Positions 50,301-63,530 of a stretch of 64,000 bases of DNA are shown here, piece by piece. The notes below the pieces were generated by a model that saw nothing but the letters and a program-made list of their open reading frames with translations, ran no database searches and was not told where the DNA came from. Location: assembly GCA_002104905.1 (NCBI GenBank), contig MCFE01000040.1:62001-126000 (forward strand), written 5' to 3'. Source of the DNA: Basidiobolus meristosporus CBS 931.73. Taxonomy: Eukaryota > Fungi > Basidiobolomycota. The position numbers were made by a program, and so were the translations under genes. Position 1 is the first letter of the stretch, and each line of letters opens with the position of its first letter.

Positions 50301-53300
50301 GACTTTGATTGCGTGTAACTTTCAAACCAGCCAATCAAATCACGTGAAATTTTCACAGGTGCTGCGCCTATGTCCGATCTGCGCCACTGCAAAATTTTAG
50401 CTTCATATCACGTGTATGGCTTGCGCAATTGCCCAAAAACTTTGATCCTTCAAAATTCTCATATAAATGACTTCCCCAGCTGAAAAATAAAGGGAGAGCC
50501 TCTCTTTCCAGAATCTCCACACTACAATTACAAGCTTAAAGGTTATAAGACTTCCCCTGCATCACTTGCACTGTTGAGTATTCTGACTTTGATCGGTACT
50601 ACATCAGTAAAGAGACTGCAAAGCTCACAAGAATCCAATCTAAGTTCTACAAGAAACTACCACTTTTCTGTTGGAAAAGTCCCCTCTAAGAAACCCCTTT
50701 ACTCTAAAGACACCCCTTTAAGAAACCCCTTTACTCTAAAGACACCCCTTTAGACACCCCTTTAGGTCTAAAGACCCCTTTAGAGACTTCTACAACACAC
50801 CCCTTTAGGTTAAAGGGGAGTTCAGAATTTGCATACTAGGAAATATTTTCTCAGAAAGGAAAGTGACTTCCAAATAAGGAAAAGTTACTATAAAAGTAAA
50901 TAAGCCCATTAGTCAACAGAAGGTCAGAACACTGCTGTAGAAGTGATAAACACTGCCTGCAGTATATTTTGAGCCCAAGATTGAGGAAATTAGTGAAAGT
51001 TATATCTTCTATTGGTATATCAAACTCCCAATAGACTATTTCAGTATTAGCATACTGGAAGTTGTTGTATATTGTTGATTAGCCTCTACATTGTAGAACA
51101 AGCCCCAAACTAATCATAATCCAACACAACAGATGCAATGCAACTACTAGAGGAGGCCCCAGTATCCCCACCAGTTCTAAGACCTCTTGACCATCAGAAC
51201 ACTGAGTGCCCACCTATACTGATGGTTGATGCATGCCCTGTAGGAGCTGCAGCACTACTGGGCCAAGATGACCAAGATGGCAACCACTATGCCTGCTGGT
51301 ATGAGAGCTGCCTTTTTTCTCCTAGAGAACAAAGATACTCTCAGATTAAGAGGGAACTACTAGGAGTTGTCAAGATGCTGAGGAGATTCAGGTCATAGCT
51401 CTACATGGCACATTTTATCCTGGAAACAGATGCCAAGCCACTTATAGTAATAATGAATAAGCCTGACATACCTGATGATGCCACTAACTAATGGATGGCA
51501 TGGTTGAAAATGTTTGACTTTGAGGTCAGACATACCCCTGGCAAGACAAATGTTGTGGCTGATGCACTATCCAGGAAAGGACCACAATTGTTTGAGGACT
51601 TGGACTGCCCACTTAGACAATGATTGATGCAGAGATACAGCAGATTGCCATCAAAGACCAAGAGCTAATTCTATGAAGTTTGATCACTCAGTATCTACAG
51701 GCACTCAAGAAGCCTAGCTGGATGGAACCTCATGAGCTCAGAAAACTAAGAAAGAAGGCTCACCACTACTATCTCAAGGATGACTTTCACTTTAAACATA
51801 TGAAGCCTGGACTTACACTAAGAAGAGTAGTCACCACTCCATAGGAGCAACTGAACATCATCACAAGTATCCACCAAGGAGAACCAGGAGGACATAGAGA
51901 ACAAGAAGCCACCAACAATACCACAGCTCAGAGGTATTACTGGGAAAACATGTACATTGATATGCAACACTTTGTTGAGTCATGTGTAGCCTGCCAGAAG
52001 AGATCCACTAAACATTATGAAGAACCACTGCATCCTACTTACACAATCTGTCTATGGCTAAAGGTTTGTATTGACCTTATCCACATGTTAACAGCTGGAT
52101 CAAAGAAGTACCTGATTGTTGCTAGAGATGACCTTGGTGGATGGGCAGAAGCTTTGCCCAACAACAAGAGCCACACCATATGGCAATTTATACTAGAAGA
52201 CATTATCTGCAGATTTGGCTGCATAAAACAGTTTATTGCTGATAGAGGAGAGATGATATCCCAAACTATTCAGGAGTTATGCTCAAAGTACAAGATACAC
52301 ATTACTTTTACTACAGCTTACCATCCTCAAGTCAATGGAATGGTAGAGAGAGGACATGGACCACTGGTGAACTCTCTAGTCAAGACTTGCAAGAATAATA
52401 CAGCACTGTGGCCACAGCAATTGCATCTTGCACGCTGCGCAGATAGGATTACTACTAAGAGAACAACTGGATTATTGCCATTTAAGCTACTCTATGGATA
52501 AGACTGCATACTACCAGTTGAGTTAGACACAGCCACTTAGAACTCATTGGTTTAGAGATCTAATATGCACACTGAAGACCTCCTAACCACTTGTGTACAG
52601 CTACATGATCACTATGACTTAAATATTAACTGAGCTGCTGAACAACTTAAGGATACATGGCTGAAGAACAAAGTACCCTTTGACAGGTCACATTCAACAA
52701 GACCAAAGTGACTGTCACTTGGAGACCCAATATTACTCTATGATTCCACCTTGGACAAACAATGGAGTTGGCGGTTTGAAAACAAATGGACTGGCCCCTA
52801 CCTCATTTCCAAAGTGACTGGAAATGGAAGTTATTATATATGTGAGCTTGACAACACCCAGCTGAGAGCACCAGTTGCAGATAACCAACTCAAGTTATTC
52901 AAGCACAGGAATTTTGCACATCTAGGTTGGTTTGCTTTGACCCAAGCTCAAAGCTGAGAGGGGGTAAATGCAGTGGGGTTACAGTGACACCCACTGACAG
53001 ATGTGCTCATTCCCATATTTTCTACTTCCCTATTTGTCTACTACCTTTATGTTAGTTTCATCTTATTTATCTTGCTTGATCAGTACTATTCCATAGGCTG
53101 GCTGACTATCACACCTGCTTACCTTATTGCATAAGTTAACCCTCACTTTATGTAAGATTACTTGATGTAAGTACTTCTATATTAGGCAGGTACCCATGCT
53201 GGTACCCATAACACATGACCAAACCGCGTCACCATCCCTACCATTTCATACCATATATGGTATCCCTAGGTTACACAGGTCTCAGAATACTGATCCCTCA

Positions 53301-54145
53301 TTGGTTGGGTATGTGTGTCTCATTGAACCTTCCAGCACTTATGTAGAACATTCTTAGCTCATTCTGGTGTCATTAATATTTCAATTTACCACCGGAACCT
53401 TCTGCAACACTATGATCAGTAATCACTATGCCAGTGAGAAAAGTATACAAGGGGGGGCAATCCCTTTACAATGAATCATTGTCCCTTTTATCAATATACC
53501 AACTTGTTAATTAGTGTGATCACTGCTATCTGCTGCTACCTGAAATTCCAATCCCAGACCACAGGACACCCCTCAACAATAAATCATCATCTCTTTTATC
53601 AATATACCGACTTGTTGATTAGTGTGATTACTGCTACCTGCTGATACCCAAACTTCCAACCCTAGACCACAGGACACTCCCAGGAAACTGTGCTGACAGC
53701 CAACTGACCTTAGAGGCACTACTTGTGAGGAATACTCAGAGTAAGTAACTTTTTTATACTTGATTTTTTCCCAAGTTTGTTCTTGTACAGGCAAAGATAC
53801 TTTTCTGTCTTTGTAACTATAGACCACAACTGTATTCTTGTCAAGTCCCTGCTGGTGTAGTTTACAGTTGTTTTGACTTTGGAAGCTTTAGTACATTGTC
53901 ATCTCAAAGGATGCTGAACTCAGCACATACTTTTGTTAAGATGCCAACTAAGTAGGATGTTGTAGCTCAATAGTTTCCCCTTGACTAGCTTGTGGCTTTA
54001 TTACCCATCACATCAGATTAGAGACAGAACCCAAGTATTCCTAGCAAGCCTTTGCCAGCTGTTATTGCACCCAGTGAACAGTCAACATATATAATACTTG
54101 AGAAGTGTTGGACATATCTCTCCCTTAGACTTATACACCACCATC
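47348..54145 (+). mobile_element. Degenerate DUF4100-type fungal Ty3/gypsy (element G), 3' LTR 52969-~54145 (family L2)
   Basis: PBS-like TAGTAGCTCT. gag GAPHFDRKNV; CIWCDFTQHARRE..ELSQLLREG (DUF4100-like); protease relic HIDSS; RT QGATNSVAQFQR; RNase H ILMVDAC; integrase IADRG/NGMVERGH; W..PY; PPT GAGAGGGGG. The 5' LTR is absent. Confidence 0.85.
50003..51131. repeat. Solo LTR, family L4, inserted between RT and RNase H of G
   Basis: 1129 bp, TG...CA, TSD GATG; removing it restores EEQEDAMQLL. Confidence 0.85.
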
Positions 54146-54149
54146 CCAT

Positions 54150-55080
54150 GGGACCAAGTTATTTTTCATAGGGGGGCACACTGTCAATCAGCCTTTATGG
54201 GATGTAGGCCGGCTTGTTGCACTGAATGTCAAACAAAGCTGTAGTCTAACCGTTCTTCTGCTACTGTCAACAGTGGGGCTTATTACTGATAACCAAGTTC
54301 TATGTAGGGCATTTCAAGCTCAATGTGCACTTTGAGATATTGGAAAAATTTGAAAGAATTGCCAAGATATTACAGAGTACAAGCCAATTTCTACACTATT
54401 GAATACAGAACTCATACAAACAAGAACCAGAGCTTAACTATAAGGGGGACTAGAATCCAGCAGGGAGAAGTAATATATTGGCTAAGTACCAAAAAGTACT
54501 TGATGGATATTCAAGAGGTATTCATGGCAAAAGTGGTGGCAACCAAGAATATGTTTGCAAGATATATATGTAAGCAGCATTACAAGGTAAATGGAAACTT
54601 TGCAAGTATCACACTGAAAAGCTGTAAAGTTGAGGCAATAGAAGTGTGATAAATACAGAATGTGTGTGTGTATGTGGAGGTTAGTAAGCAGGACCCCTAT
54701 GAAAAATTATTGTGATGATCCCATCAAAAGGCGGTTACAGATTCTAGGTCCTCTAACAAAGAGGTGCTGATTCTATCAGGACACAATGCAAAGATTGTCA
54801 AAAAACAATTGCACCCCAGATATCATTAAAAATTTTGTCAAAATTATTCATCACAACAATACAAAAGTGGCTGTTGATTGGATGTCTGCCAATTTTCTCA
54901 CTTTCTGATCCCAGACACTCTATCACTTCCTACATATGTGTGCATCAATTGGCTATTTCCTCTTTTTCACATTCCTTACTCCCTGACCCAACCATTTCTC
55001 TTATTTTTAGCCACTTATTTTTATCACTTCCAGGTCCTTCACTGCTACTTTGACTGAGTGCTTCTTGAGTAAAAGTACAC
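54150..55080. pseudogene. Family X (plus, 54150-54690) and Y (minus, 54700-55080) fragments
   Basis: DQVIFHRGAHCQSAFMGCRPACCTECQ runs in frame into ORF 54323-54649. Confidence 0.6.
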
Positions 55081-55084
55081 TTTT

Positions 55085-58000
55085 TCTATTTATATTGACT
55101 CTGAAGCATCTCAATACTTTAAACACCAAAAAGAACTTTTTACCCAATATCAAGAAACTCCAATCAAGAAGGTTTGCATGGGTGACAATAGAACACTTGA
55201 TGCAGTGGGAGATGGAACTATCAAAGTAAGCCTTAGAAGCAGTGAAGGAAGCCATACATTGACCTTTAAAGAAGTACTCTATATACCAGAAATAGCCAAG
55301 AACCTACTATCTGTAAGCAAGGCCACTGCAGAAGGACTTATTTTCAGCTTTGACAATTCTGGATGCAAGATCACTGATCAAAATGGTGCCCATATTGCTT
55401 TGGGTATCAGAGATTGGAATCTATACAAGTTGACTTATATTCCATCATATTTGGAAGCCAATAAAAGTAACATAAATGAAGAAACACCAATCCTTGGCAC
55501 AGGAGATTTGGGCATATCAATCTTGATTATTTGTGCAAAATGATTAAAGATCAGCTGATTTCCAGAGTAAAAATTGATCCCCCAGCTAATTTGGAGCACT
55601 TTGAAGCCTGCGTATATGGGAAATAAGCCAGATAACTGTTCAAGAGCTCTGGGTTAATCAAGACTAAGAAAAAATTAGACCTTGTTCACTCAGATCTGTG
55701 TGGACCTATGCAAAGTTTATCCTCAGGAGGGATGAAGTATTCAATCACTTTTATTGATAATTATGCAAGCTACACATGGGTTTACTTCATGGAGAAAAAG
55801 GAAGAAGCTCTGTCTAAGCTCAGGGAGTTGAAAGCCATGGTGGAGAGAGAAACTGGTGAAAAAATCAAGAAAATACGCTCTGACAATGGTGGAGAATATA
55901 CCTCAAAACTCTTCATCCACTTCTGCAAAATTCATGGGATAAATCAAGAGACTACTGACCATACTCCCACAGCAAAATGGAGTAGCAGAACATGCTAACA
56001 GATCAATAGTTGATATGGCAAGATCTATGATCCATGATCAAAAATTATCCTATGTTTTTTGGGTGGAATTGGTATCCACAGCTGTGTGCATTAAAAATAG
56101 GAGTCATCACAGAACACTTTGTGATTCTACTCCATTTGAAGCATGGTTTGGGTACAGACCAAGTGCAGAACATCTAAGAATATTTGGGTCTACAGCATTT
56201 GCCAAGAAACTGCCCAGAAATCAGTCAAAATTTGAGCCAAAAAGTGCAAGATGCATATTTTTGGGTTACTGCAATGAGAGTAAAGCATGGAGACTCTACA
56301 ATACTAATGTAAAGAAGCTAATCAAGTCCAGGGATGTGTTGCTTGAGTAAAGCTCAAAATCTTCACAAAAAATGATATCAGATGGTGTCAAAAATCTGAT
56401 CCCAAGTCCACCAATTGTCAGGATTGAATCAGAGCAAAACAATGAAAATTTTTTCACTCCAGAGGACTTTACAACCATGGTACAGCCTGAAGCAGTGCCC
56501 AGGAATATCCCAGAAGTGAGCATTCCTGTATCAAATGCCTGGAGATCCAATTAGACAAGAAACAGCCCAAATTACTACATCAATGAGGGTACAAACTTAG
56601 CCTATGCCTATTCAGTCCATATGGATGAACTGCAGACTGTAAAAGAGGCCCTAAATAGCCCTCAGACAAAGTTTTGGAGATCTGCAATGACTGAGGAATA
56701 TCAGGCACTGATGGAAAATCAAACTTGGGACTTAGTCAAATTACCAATCAACCAAAAATCATTTGGATGCAGATAGATCTTCAAGACAAAATACAAGTCT
56801 GATGGTACAATTGAAAGATACAAAGCAAGACTTGTGGCCAAAGGATACTCTCAAACATAAGGGCCTGACTATACTGAGACCTTTGTGCTGGTAGCCAAGT
56901 TTAATTCCATTGGATTAATATTGGCTATTGCAGCCAAATATAAGTTTTTTATTCCTCAAATGGATGTAAAATGCTTTTTTGATCAAAGAACTTGATGAGG
57001 ATGTGTATATGGACCAGCCTGATGGGTTTGCTGACCAAGATAACACCCATTTGGTCAGCAAGCTTAAAAAGTCTCAATATGGTCTTAAACAATCACCAAG
57101 AGCCTGGAATTCAAGATAGATTTGTATTTGGAATCTTTGAGTTTCAAAAGGAGTAATGCTGACTATAGTATATACTATAAGCCAGATAGAGCAAATCCAG
57201 TTCTATTAGCACTATATGTTGATGATCTTATTATTGTTGTAAGAGTCTTGGAGATATTGGAAGTGATTGGGAGAACAAGTAGATTATGTGGCTTTCACTT
57301 AATGATGTATTGAATGTAAAAGTAGTATTTATACTTTTACCTGGTCTTGGCATTACAAACATGTAGAATAGGTTAAGGAAGGTCCCAAGAACATGTGTGC
57401 AAAGTTTGGGGCTGTTTGGACAACTTTGAGAATTTTCATGTTCCGGGTACCAGGTATTTTGGTGAAAATATTCTAAGTAAGTCCCGACAAGGAATTTGGT
57501 CAGTATTCTCTAGGATTTGAAGGTGATGATCTAAGTGACTAAGTTAGGTGAATATTTAGGTAGAAATACAAATTTTTACAACAATTATAGCCACCAATAA
57601 CCTAGAAACATTGGAAGAGACTAAGTCCAGCCTATCTAAGGAGTCCATGATGCCCAATCTAGGAGAACTCAGTTACTACTTAGAGATTATGTTCTCTATA
57701 GACCAAAGTACCCAGACTATCACCCTAAGCCAATCCATGCATATTCAAGATATACTCAAGAAGTACCAAATGGAAGACTGTAAACCAGCAACTACCCCAA
57801 TGGAAACAAACCTTAACTTGGTCAAAACTGAACCAAATCAAGAGAGCTTAGTGCCATCAGAAAGCCCTGACTTTCCTTATCAATCTATGGTTGGCAGCTG
57901 GATGCATATCATGCTTGGAACATGTCCAGATATATCATATTCAGTGAGAGTTGTCAGCCAACATAAACAGAACTATGGATCTGATCATATTACAGCAGTT

Positions 58001-58787
58001 AAGCAGACTCTAAGATACCTAAAAGGAACTGCTGATATCTGCTTAAGATACACTTATAAGGATTCAGAACAGGACCTTGTGGATACTCTGATGCTGATTA
58101 GGGACAAAATGTGGAAGACAGAAGATCCACCACAGGAAGCACCTTTCTTTACTATCAAGGAGCAATTTCATGGAATTCAAGAAAGCAACCAACCGTAGGA
58201 CTTTCTACTACAGAGGCAGAGTATATGGCAGCCTGTGAAGCTACAAAAGAAGCAATGTGGTTAAGAAAGCTTTTTACAGATTCAGGCCTATGTCAAAAAA
58301 TGCCTATTACTTTATTTCAAGATAATCAAAGATGCATACAGTTAGGTAGAAATCCAACTTTTGATGCTAGAACTAAGTACATAGATATCAGACATCATTT
58401 AATATGTGAAGCTATAGAGAATACCTTAGTTAGCTTAGTTTACTGTCCTTTAGATGAAATGATTACAGACATATTTACAAAACCATTACCTGGAGACAAG
58501 TTTGAATATCTTAGGTCAAAATTAGGACTGATCAGTATCAACATTTAGCTTAGTGGGAGTGTTGTGAGAATTTGTAATTCCACCTAAATATTCACCTAAC
58601 TTAGGCACTTGGATCATTACCTTCAAATCCTAGAGAATACTGATCAAATTCCTTGCTGGGATTTACTTAGAATATTTTCACCCAGATACCAAGTACCCAG
58701 AACATGAAAATTCTCAAAGTTGTCCAAACAGCCCACAACTTGGCACAAATGCTCTTGTGACCTTCCTTAACTTATTCTACATGTTTG
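55085..58787 (+). mobile_element. 5'-truncated Ty1/copia (copia D); 3' LTR 58560-58787 completed at 63470-63530
   Basis: Protease to RNase H fragments (ORFs 55178-58548), PPT TAGTGGGAG, and an LTR split by copia F. Confidence 0.9.
57235..57583 (-). repeat. Solo copia LTR inserted in the RT of copia D
   Basis: 349 bp, 5-bp TSD ATTAT, right after the YVDDLII motif. Confidence 0.97.
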
Positions 58788-61700
58788 TGTTGTAAGAGTC
58801 TTGGAGATATTGGAAGTGATTTGGAGAACAAGTAGATTATGTGGTTTTCACTTAATGATTTATTGAATGTAAAAGTAGTATTTATACTTTTACCTGGTCT
58901 TGGCATTACAAACACATAGAACAGGTTAAGGAAGGTCCCAAGAGCATGTGTGCAAAGTTTGGGGCTGTGTGGTCAACTTTGAGAATTTTCATGTTCTGGG
59001 TACCTGTTATTTGGGTGAAAATATTCTAAGTAAATCCCAACAAGGAATTTGGTCAGTATTCTCTAGGATTTGAAGGTGATGATCTAAGTGACTAAGTTAG
59101 GTGAATATTTAGGTGGAATTACAAATTTTTACAACACTCCCACTCAGCTAAATGTTCATACTGACTAGTCCTAATTTTGACCTAATATATTCAAACTTGT
59201 CTCTAGCTAATGGTTTGGTAAATATGTCTGCAATCATTTCATCTGTAGGACAGTAAACTAAGCTAACTGAGTTATTCTCTATAGGTTCACGTATGAAATG
59301 ATGTCTAATATCTATGTGCTTGGTTCTAGCATGAAAAGTTGGATTTCTACCTAATTGTATACATCCTTGATTATCTTGAAATAAAGTAATAGGCGTTTTT
59401 TGATATAGGCCTAAATCTGTAAAGAGTTTTCTTAGCCACATTGCTTCTTTTGTAGCTTCACATGCTGCCATATACTCTGCCTCTGTAGTAGAAAGTGCTA
59501 CAGTTGGTTGCTTTCTTGAATTCCATGAAATTGCTCCTTTAGAGTAAAGAAAGGTGTATCCTGTGGTGGATCTTCTGTCTTCCAAATTTTGTCCCCAATC
59601 AGCATCAGAGTATCCACAAGGTCCTGTTCTGAATCCTTATAAGTGTATCTTAAGCAGATATCAGCAGTTCCTTTTAGGTATCTAAAAATTCACTTAACTG
59701 CTGCAATATGATCAGATCCATAGTTCTGATTATGTTGGCTGACAACTCCCACTGAATATGAGATATCTGAACGTGTTCCAAGCATGATATACATCCAACT
59801 GCCAACCATAGATTGATAAGGAAAGTCAGGGCTTTCAGATGGCACCAAGCTCTCTTGATTTGGTTGAGTTTTGACCAAGTTAAGGTTTGTCTCCATTGGG
59901 GTAGCTGCCGGTTTACAGTCTTCCATTTTGTACTTCTTTAGTATATCTTCTATATACTTGGATTGGCTTAGGGTAATAGTCTGGGTACTTCTGTCTATGG
60001 AGAACTTAATCCCTAAGTAGTAACTAAGTTCTCCTAAATCAGACATCTTGAACTCCTTAGATAGGCTGGATTTAGTCTCTTCCAATGTTTCTAGGTTATT
60101 GGTGGCTATAATAAGATCATCCACATATAGAGCTAATAGAACTGGATTTGCTCTATCTGGCTTATAGTATATACTATAGTCAGCATTACTTCTTTTGAAA
60201 CTCAACAATTCCAAATAAGAATCTATCTTGCAATTCCAGGCTCTTGGTGATTGTTTGAGACCATATAGTGACTTTTTAAGCTTGCAGACCAAATGGGGGT
60301 TATCTTGGTCAACAAACCCATCAGGCTGGTCCATATACACGTCTTCATCAAGTTCTCCATTCAAAAATGCAGTTTTTACATCCATTTGATAAATAAAAAA
60401 CTTATATTTGGCTGCAATAGCCAATATTAATCAGATGGAATTAAACTTGGCTACCGGTGCAAAGGTCTCAGTATAGTCAAGTCCTTTTGTTTGAGAGTAT
60501 CCTTTGGCTACAAGTCTTGCTTTGTATCTTTCAATTTGACCATCAGCCTTGTATTTTGTCTTGAAGACCTATCTGCATCCAAATGATTTTTGGTTGATTG
60601 GTAATTTGACTAAGTCCCAAGTTTGATTTTCCATCAGTGCCTGATATTCCTCAGTCATTGCAGATCTCCAAAACTTTGTCTGAGGGCTATTTAGGGCCTC
60701 TTTTACAGTCTGGGGTTCATCAATATGGACTGAATAGGCATAGGCTAAGTTTGTACCCTCATTGATATAGTAATTTGGGCTATTTCTTGTTTGATTTGAT
60801 CTCCGGGCATTTGATACTGGAATGATCACTTCTGGGATATTCCTGGGCACTGATTCTGGCTGAACCACGGTTGTAGAGTCCTCTGGAGTGAAAAAATTTT
60901 CATTGTTTTGCTCTGATTCAGTCCTGACAATTGGTGGACTTGAGATCAAATTTTTGTCATCATCTTATGTCATTTTTTGTGAAAATTTTGAATTTTCATC
61001 AAACAACACATCCCAGGACTTGATAAGCTTCTTTGCTTTGGTATTGTAGAGTCTGTATGCCTTAATCTCATTGCAGTAGCCCAAAAATATGCATTTTACA
61101 CTTTTTGGCTCAAATTTTGACTGATTTCCGGCCAGTTTTTTTGACATATGCTGTACACCCAAATATTCTTAGATGTTCTGCACTTGGTCTGTATCCATAC
61201 CATGCTTCAAATGGAGTAGAATCATAAAGTATTCTGTTATAACTCCTATTTCAAAGATATACAGCAGTGGCAACTGATTCCGCCCAAAAATCATAGGATA
61301 ATTTTTGATCATGGATTATAGATCTTGCCATATCAATTATTGATCTGTTAGCTTGTTCTGTTACTCCATTTTGCTGTGGGGAGTATGGTGCAGTAGTCTC
61401 TTGCTTTATCCCATGAATTTTGCAGAAGTGGATGAAGAGTTTTGAGGTATATTCTCCACTATTGTCAGAGCGTATTTTCTTGATTTTTTCACCAGTTTCT
61501 CTCTCCACCTTGGCTTTAAACTCCCTGAACTTAGACAGAGCTTCTTCCTTTTTCTCCATGAAGTAGACCCATGTGTATCTTGTATAATCATCAATAAAAG
61601 TGATTAAATACTTCATCCCGCCCAAGGATAAATTTTGCATAGGTCCACACAGATCTGAGTGAATTAGATCTAATTTTTTCTTAGTTTTGATTAACCCAGA

Positions 61701-63469
61701 GCTCTTGAACGGTTGTCTGGCTTGTTTCCCATATATGCAGGCTTCACAGTGCTCCAAATTAACTGGGGGATCAATTTTTACTCCAGAAATTAGCTGATAT
61801 TGGATCATTTTGCGCAAATAATCAAAATTGATGTGCCCAAATCTCCTGTGCCAAAGCATTGGTGTTTCTTCATTTAGGTTACTTATATTGGCTTCCAGAT
61901 ATGATGGAATATAAGTCAACTTGTATAGATTCTGATCTCTGATGCCCAAAGCAATATGAGCACCATTTTGATCAGTGATCCTGCATCCAGAACTGTCAAA
62001 ACTGAAACTGAGTCCTTCTGCTGTGGCCTTGCTTACAGATAGTAGGTTCTTGGCTATTTCTGGTACATAGAGTACTTCTTTAAAGGTCAGTGTATGGCTT
62101 CCTTCACTGCTTCTAAGGTTTACTTGGATAGTTCCTTCTCCCACTGCTTCAAGTGTTCTATCGTCACCCATGAAAACCTTCTTAAATGGAATTTCTTGAT
62201 ATTGGGTAAAAAGTTATTTTTGGTGTGTAAAGTGTTGAGAAGCTCCAGAGTCAATATACCACGTCTGAGAATCCTTGTTTGTGGTCATATTTAGTGCAGA
62301 TATGAATAGTCTATCTACAGCTGTTGCAGCATTTCCATATTCAGGATTCTTTTGCTGATAATCACTCTTTTTGAGACACCAGTCTGATGTGTGTCCTTTC
62401 CTTTTGCAGTAGTTACAAAACAGGTTGCTGTTGCCTTTGTAGGGTCTTGGGAACCTCCTTTGTTGGTTATCATTGCTTATTAAAGCATTTTCTTCTTCCT
62501 TATTGGCGCTTGATTTTCTTAATTCTTCATCCAGGAGCCTTCCATATATGTAATTTAAGGTCAAATCTTCAGTTCTGAACTCTAGGGCAGATACAAGGCC
62601 CTGAAACTTGTCTGTCAGGCTATTCAGGATGGTAACTATCACATCCTCATCAGTAGTTGGTACGCCCACAGATTCCATCTCATCTACCAGCAGGGTAATT
62701 CTGTTAATTAGATTTTTCATTTCTTCTCCTGGCAGCATCTTTGTAGTAAAGAATTTTCATCTCAGATACATTTTCTTGGCAGCTGAACATGACTGGTAGG
62801 TGTCTTCTAATGCTTTCCAGGCATTCTTTGCCGTTTTTGCTCTTGAGCATTGAATTAGCAATTTGTCCTTGACATTAAGGCAAATGCAGTTAAAGGCACT
62901 TTGTTCTTTCTTCTGGTACTTTAAGGCTTCCTCTCCCATGTTTTTAGGAGGGCATTCTTCTCCCATGACAATATCCCAAAGGCCTCTTTCTTGTAGCAGC
63001 ATCTTCATCTTCACCTTCCACACTTGGTAGTTAGATCCATCCAACTTTTCAGCAGAGGGAAAAATTCCAGTAATAGCAGTAGTAGACATTGCAGAGAGTG
63101 ACAGCTTGGGGCGCATAACCTGTTGTAAGAGTCTTGGAGATATTGGAAGTGATTTGGAGAACAAGTAGATTATGTGGTTTTCACTTAATGATTTATTGAA
63201 TGTAAAAGTAGTATTTATACTTTTACCTGGTCTTGGCATTACAAACACAAAGAATAGATTAAGAAAGGTCCCAAGAGCATGTGTGCAAAGTTTGGGGCTG
63301 TTTGGACAACTTTGAGAATTTTCATGTTCCGAGCACCTGGTATTTTGGTGAAAATATTCTAAGTAAATCCCGCCAAGGAATTTGGTCAGTATTCTCTAGG
63401 ATTTGAAGGTGATGATCTAAGTGACTAAGTTAGGTGAATATTTAGGTGGAAATACAAATTTTTACAACA
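58788..63469 (-). mobile_element. Full-length Ty1/copia (copia F), mildly degenerate, no TSD
   Basis: 349-bp LTRs at 63121-63469 and 58788-59136. PBS GGTTATGCGCCCCA. gag, PR, IN, RT and RH in ORFs 62757-59148 with several frameshifts and stops. Confidence 0.95.
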
Positions 63470-63530
63470 AAAACCACATAATCTACTTGTCCTCCCAATC
63501 ACTTCCAATATTTCCAAAACTCTTACAATA

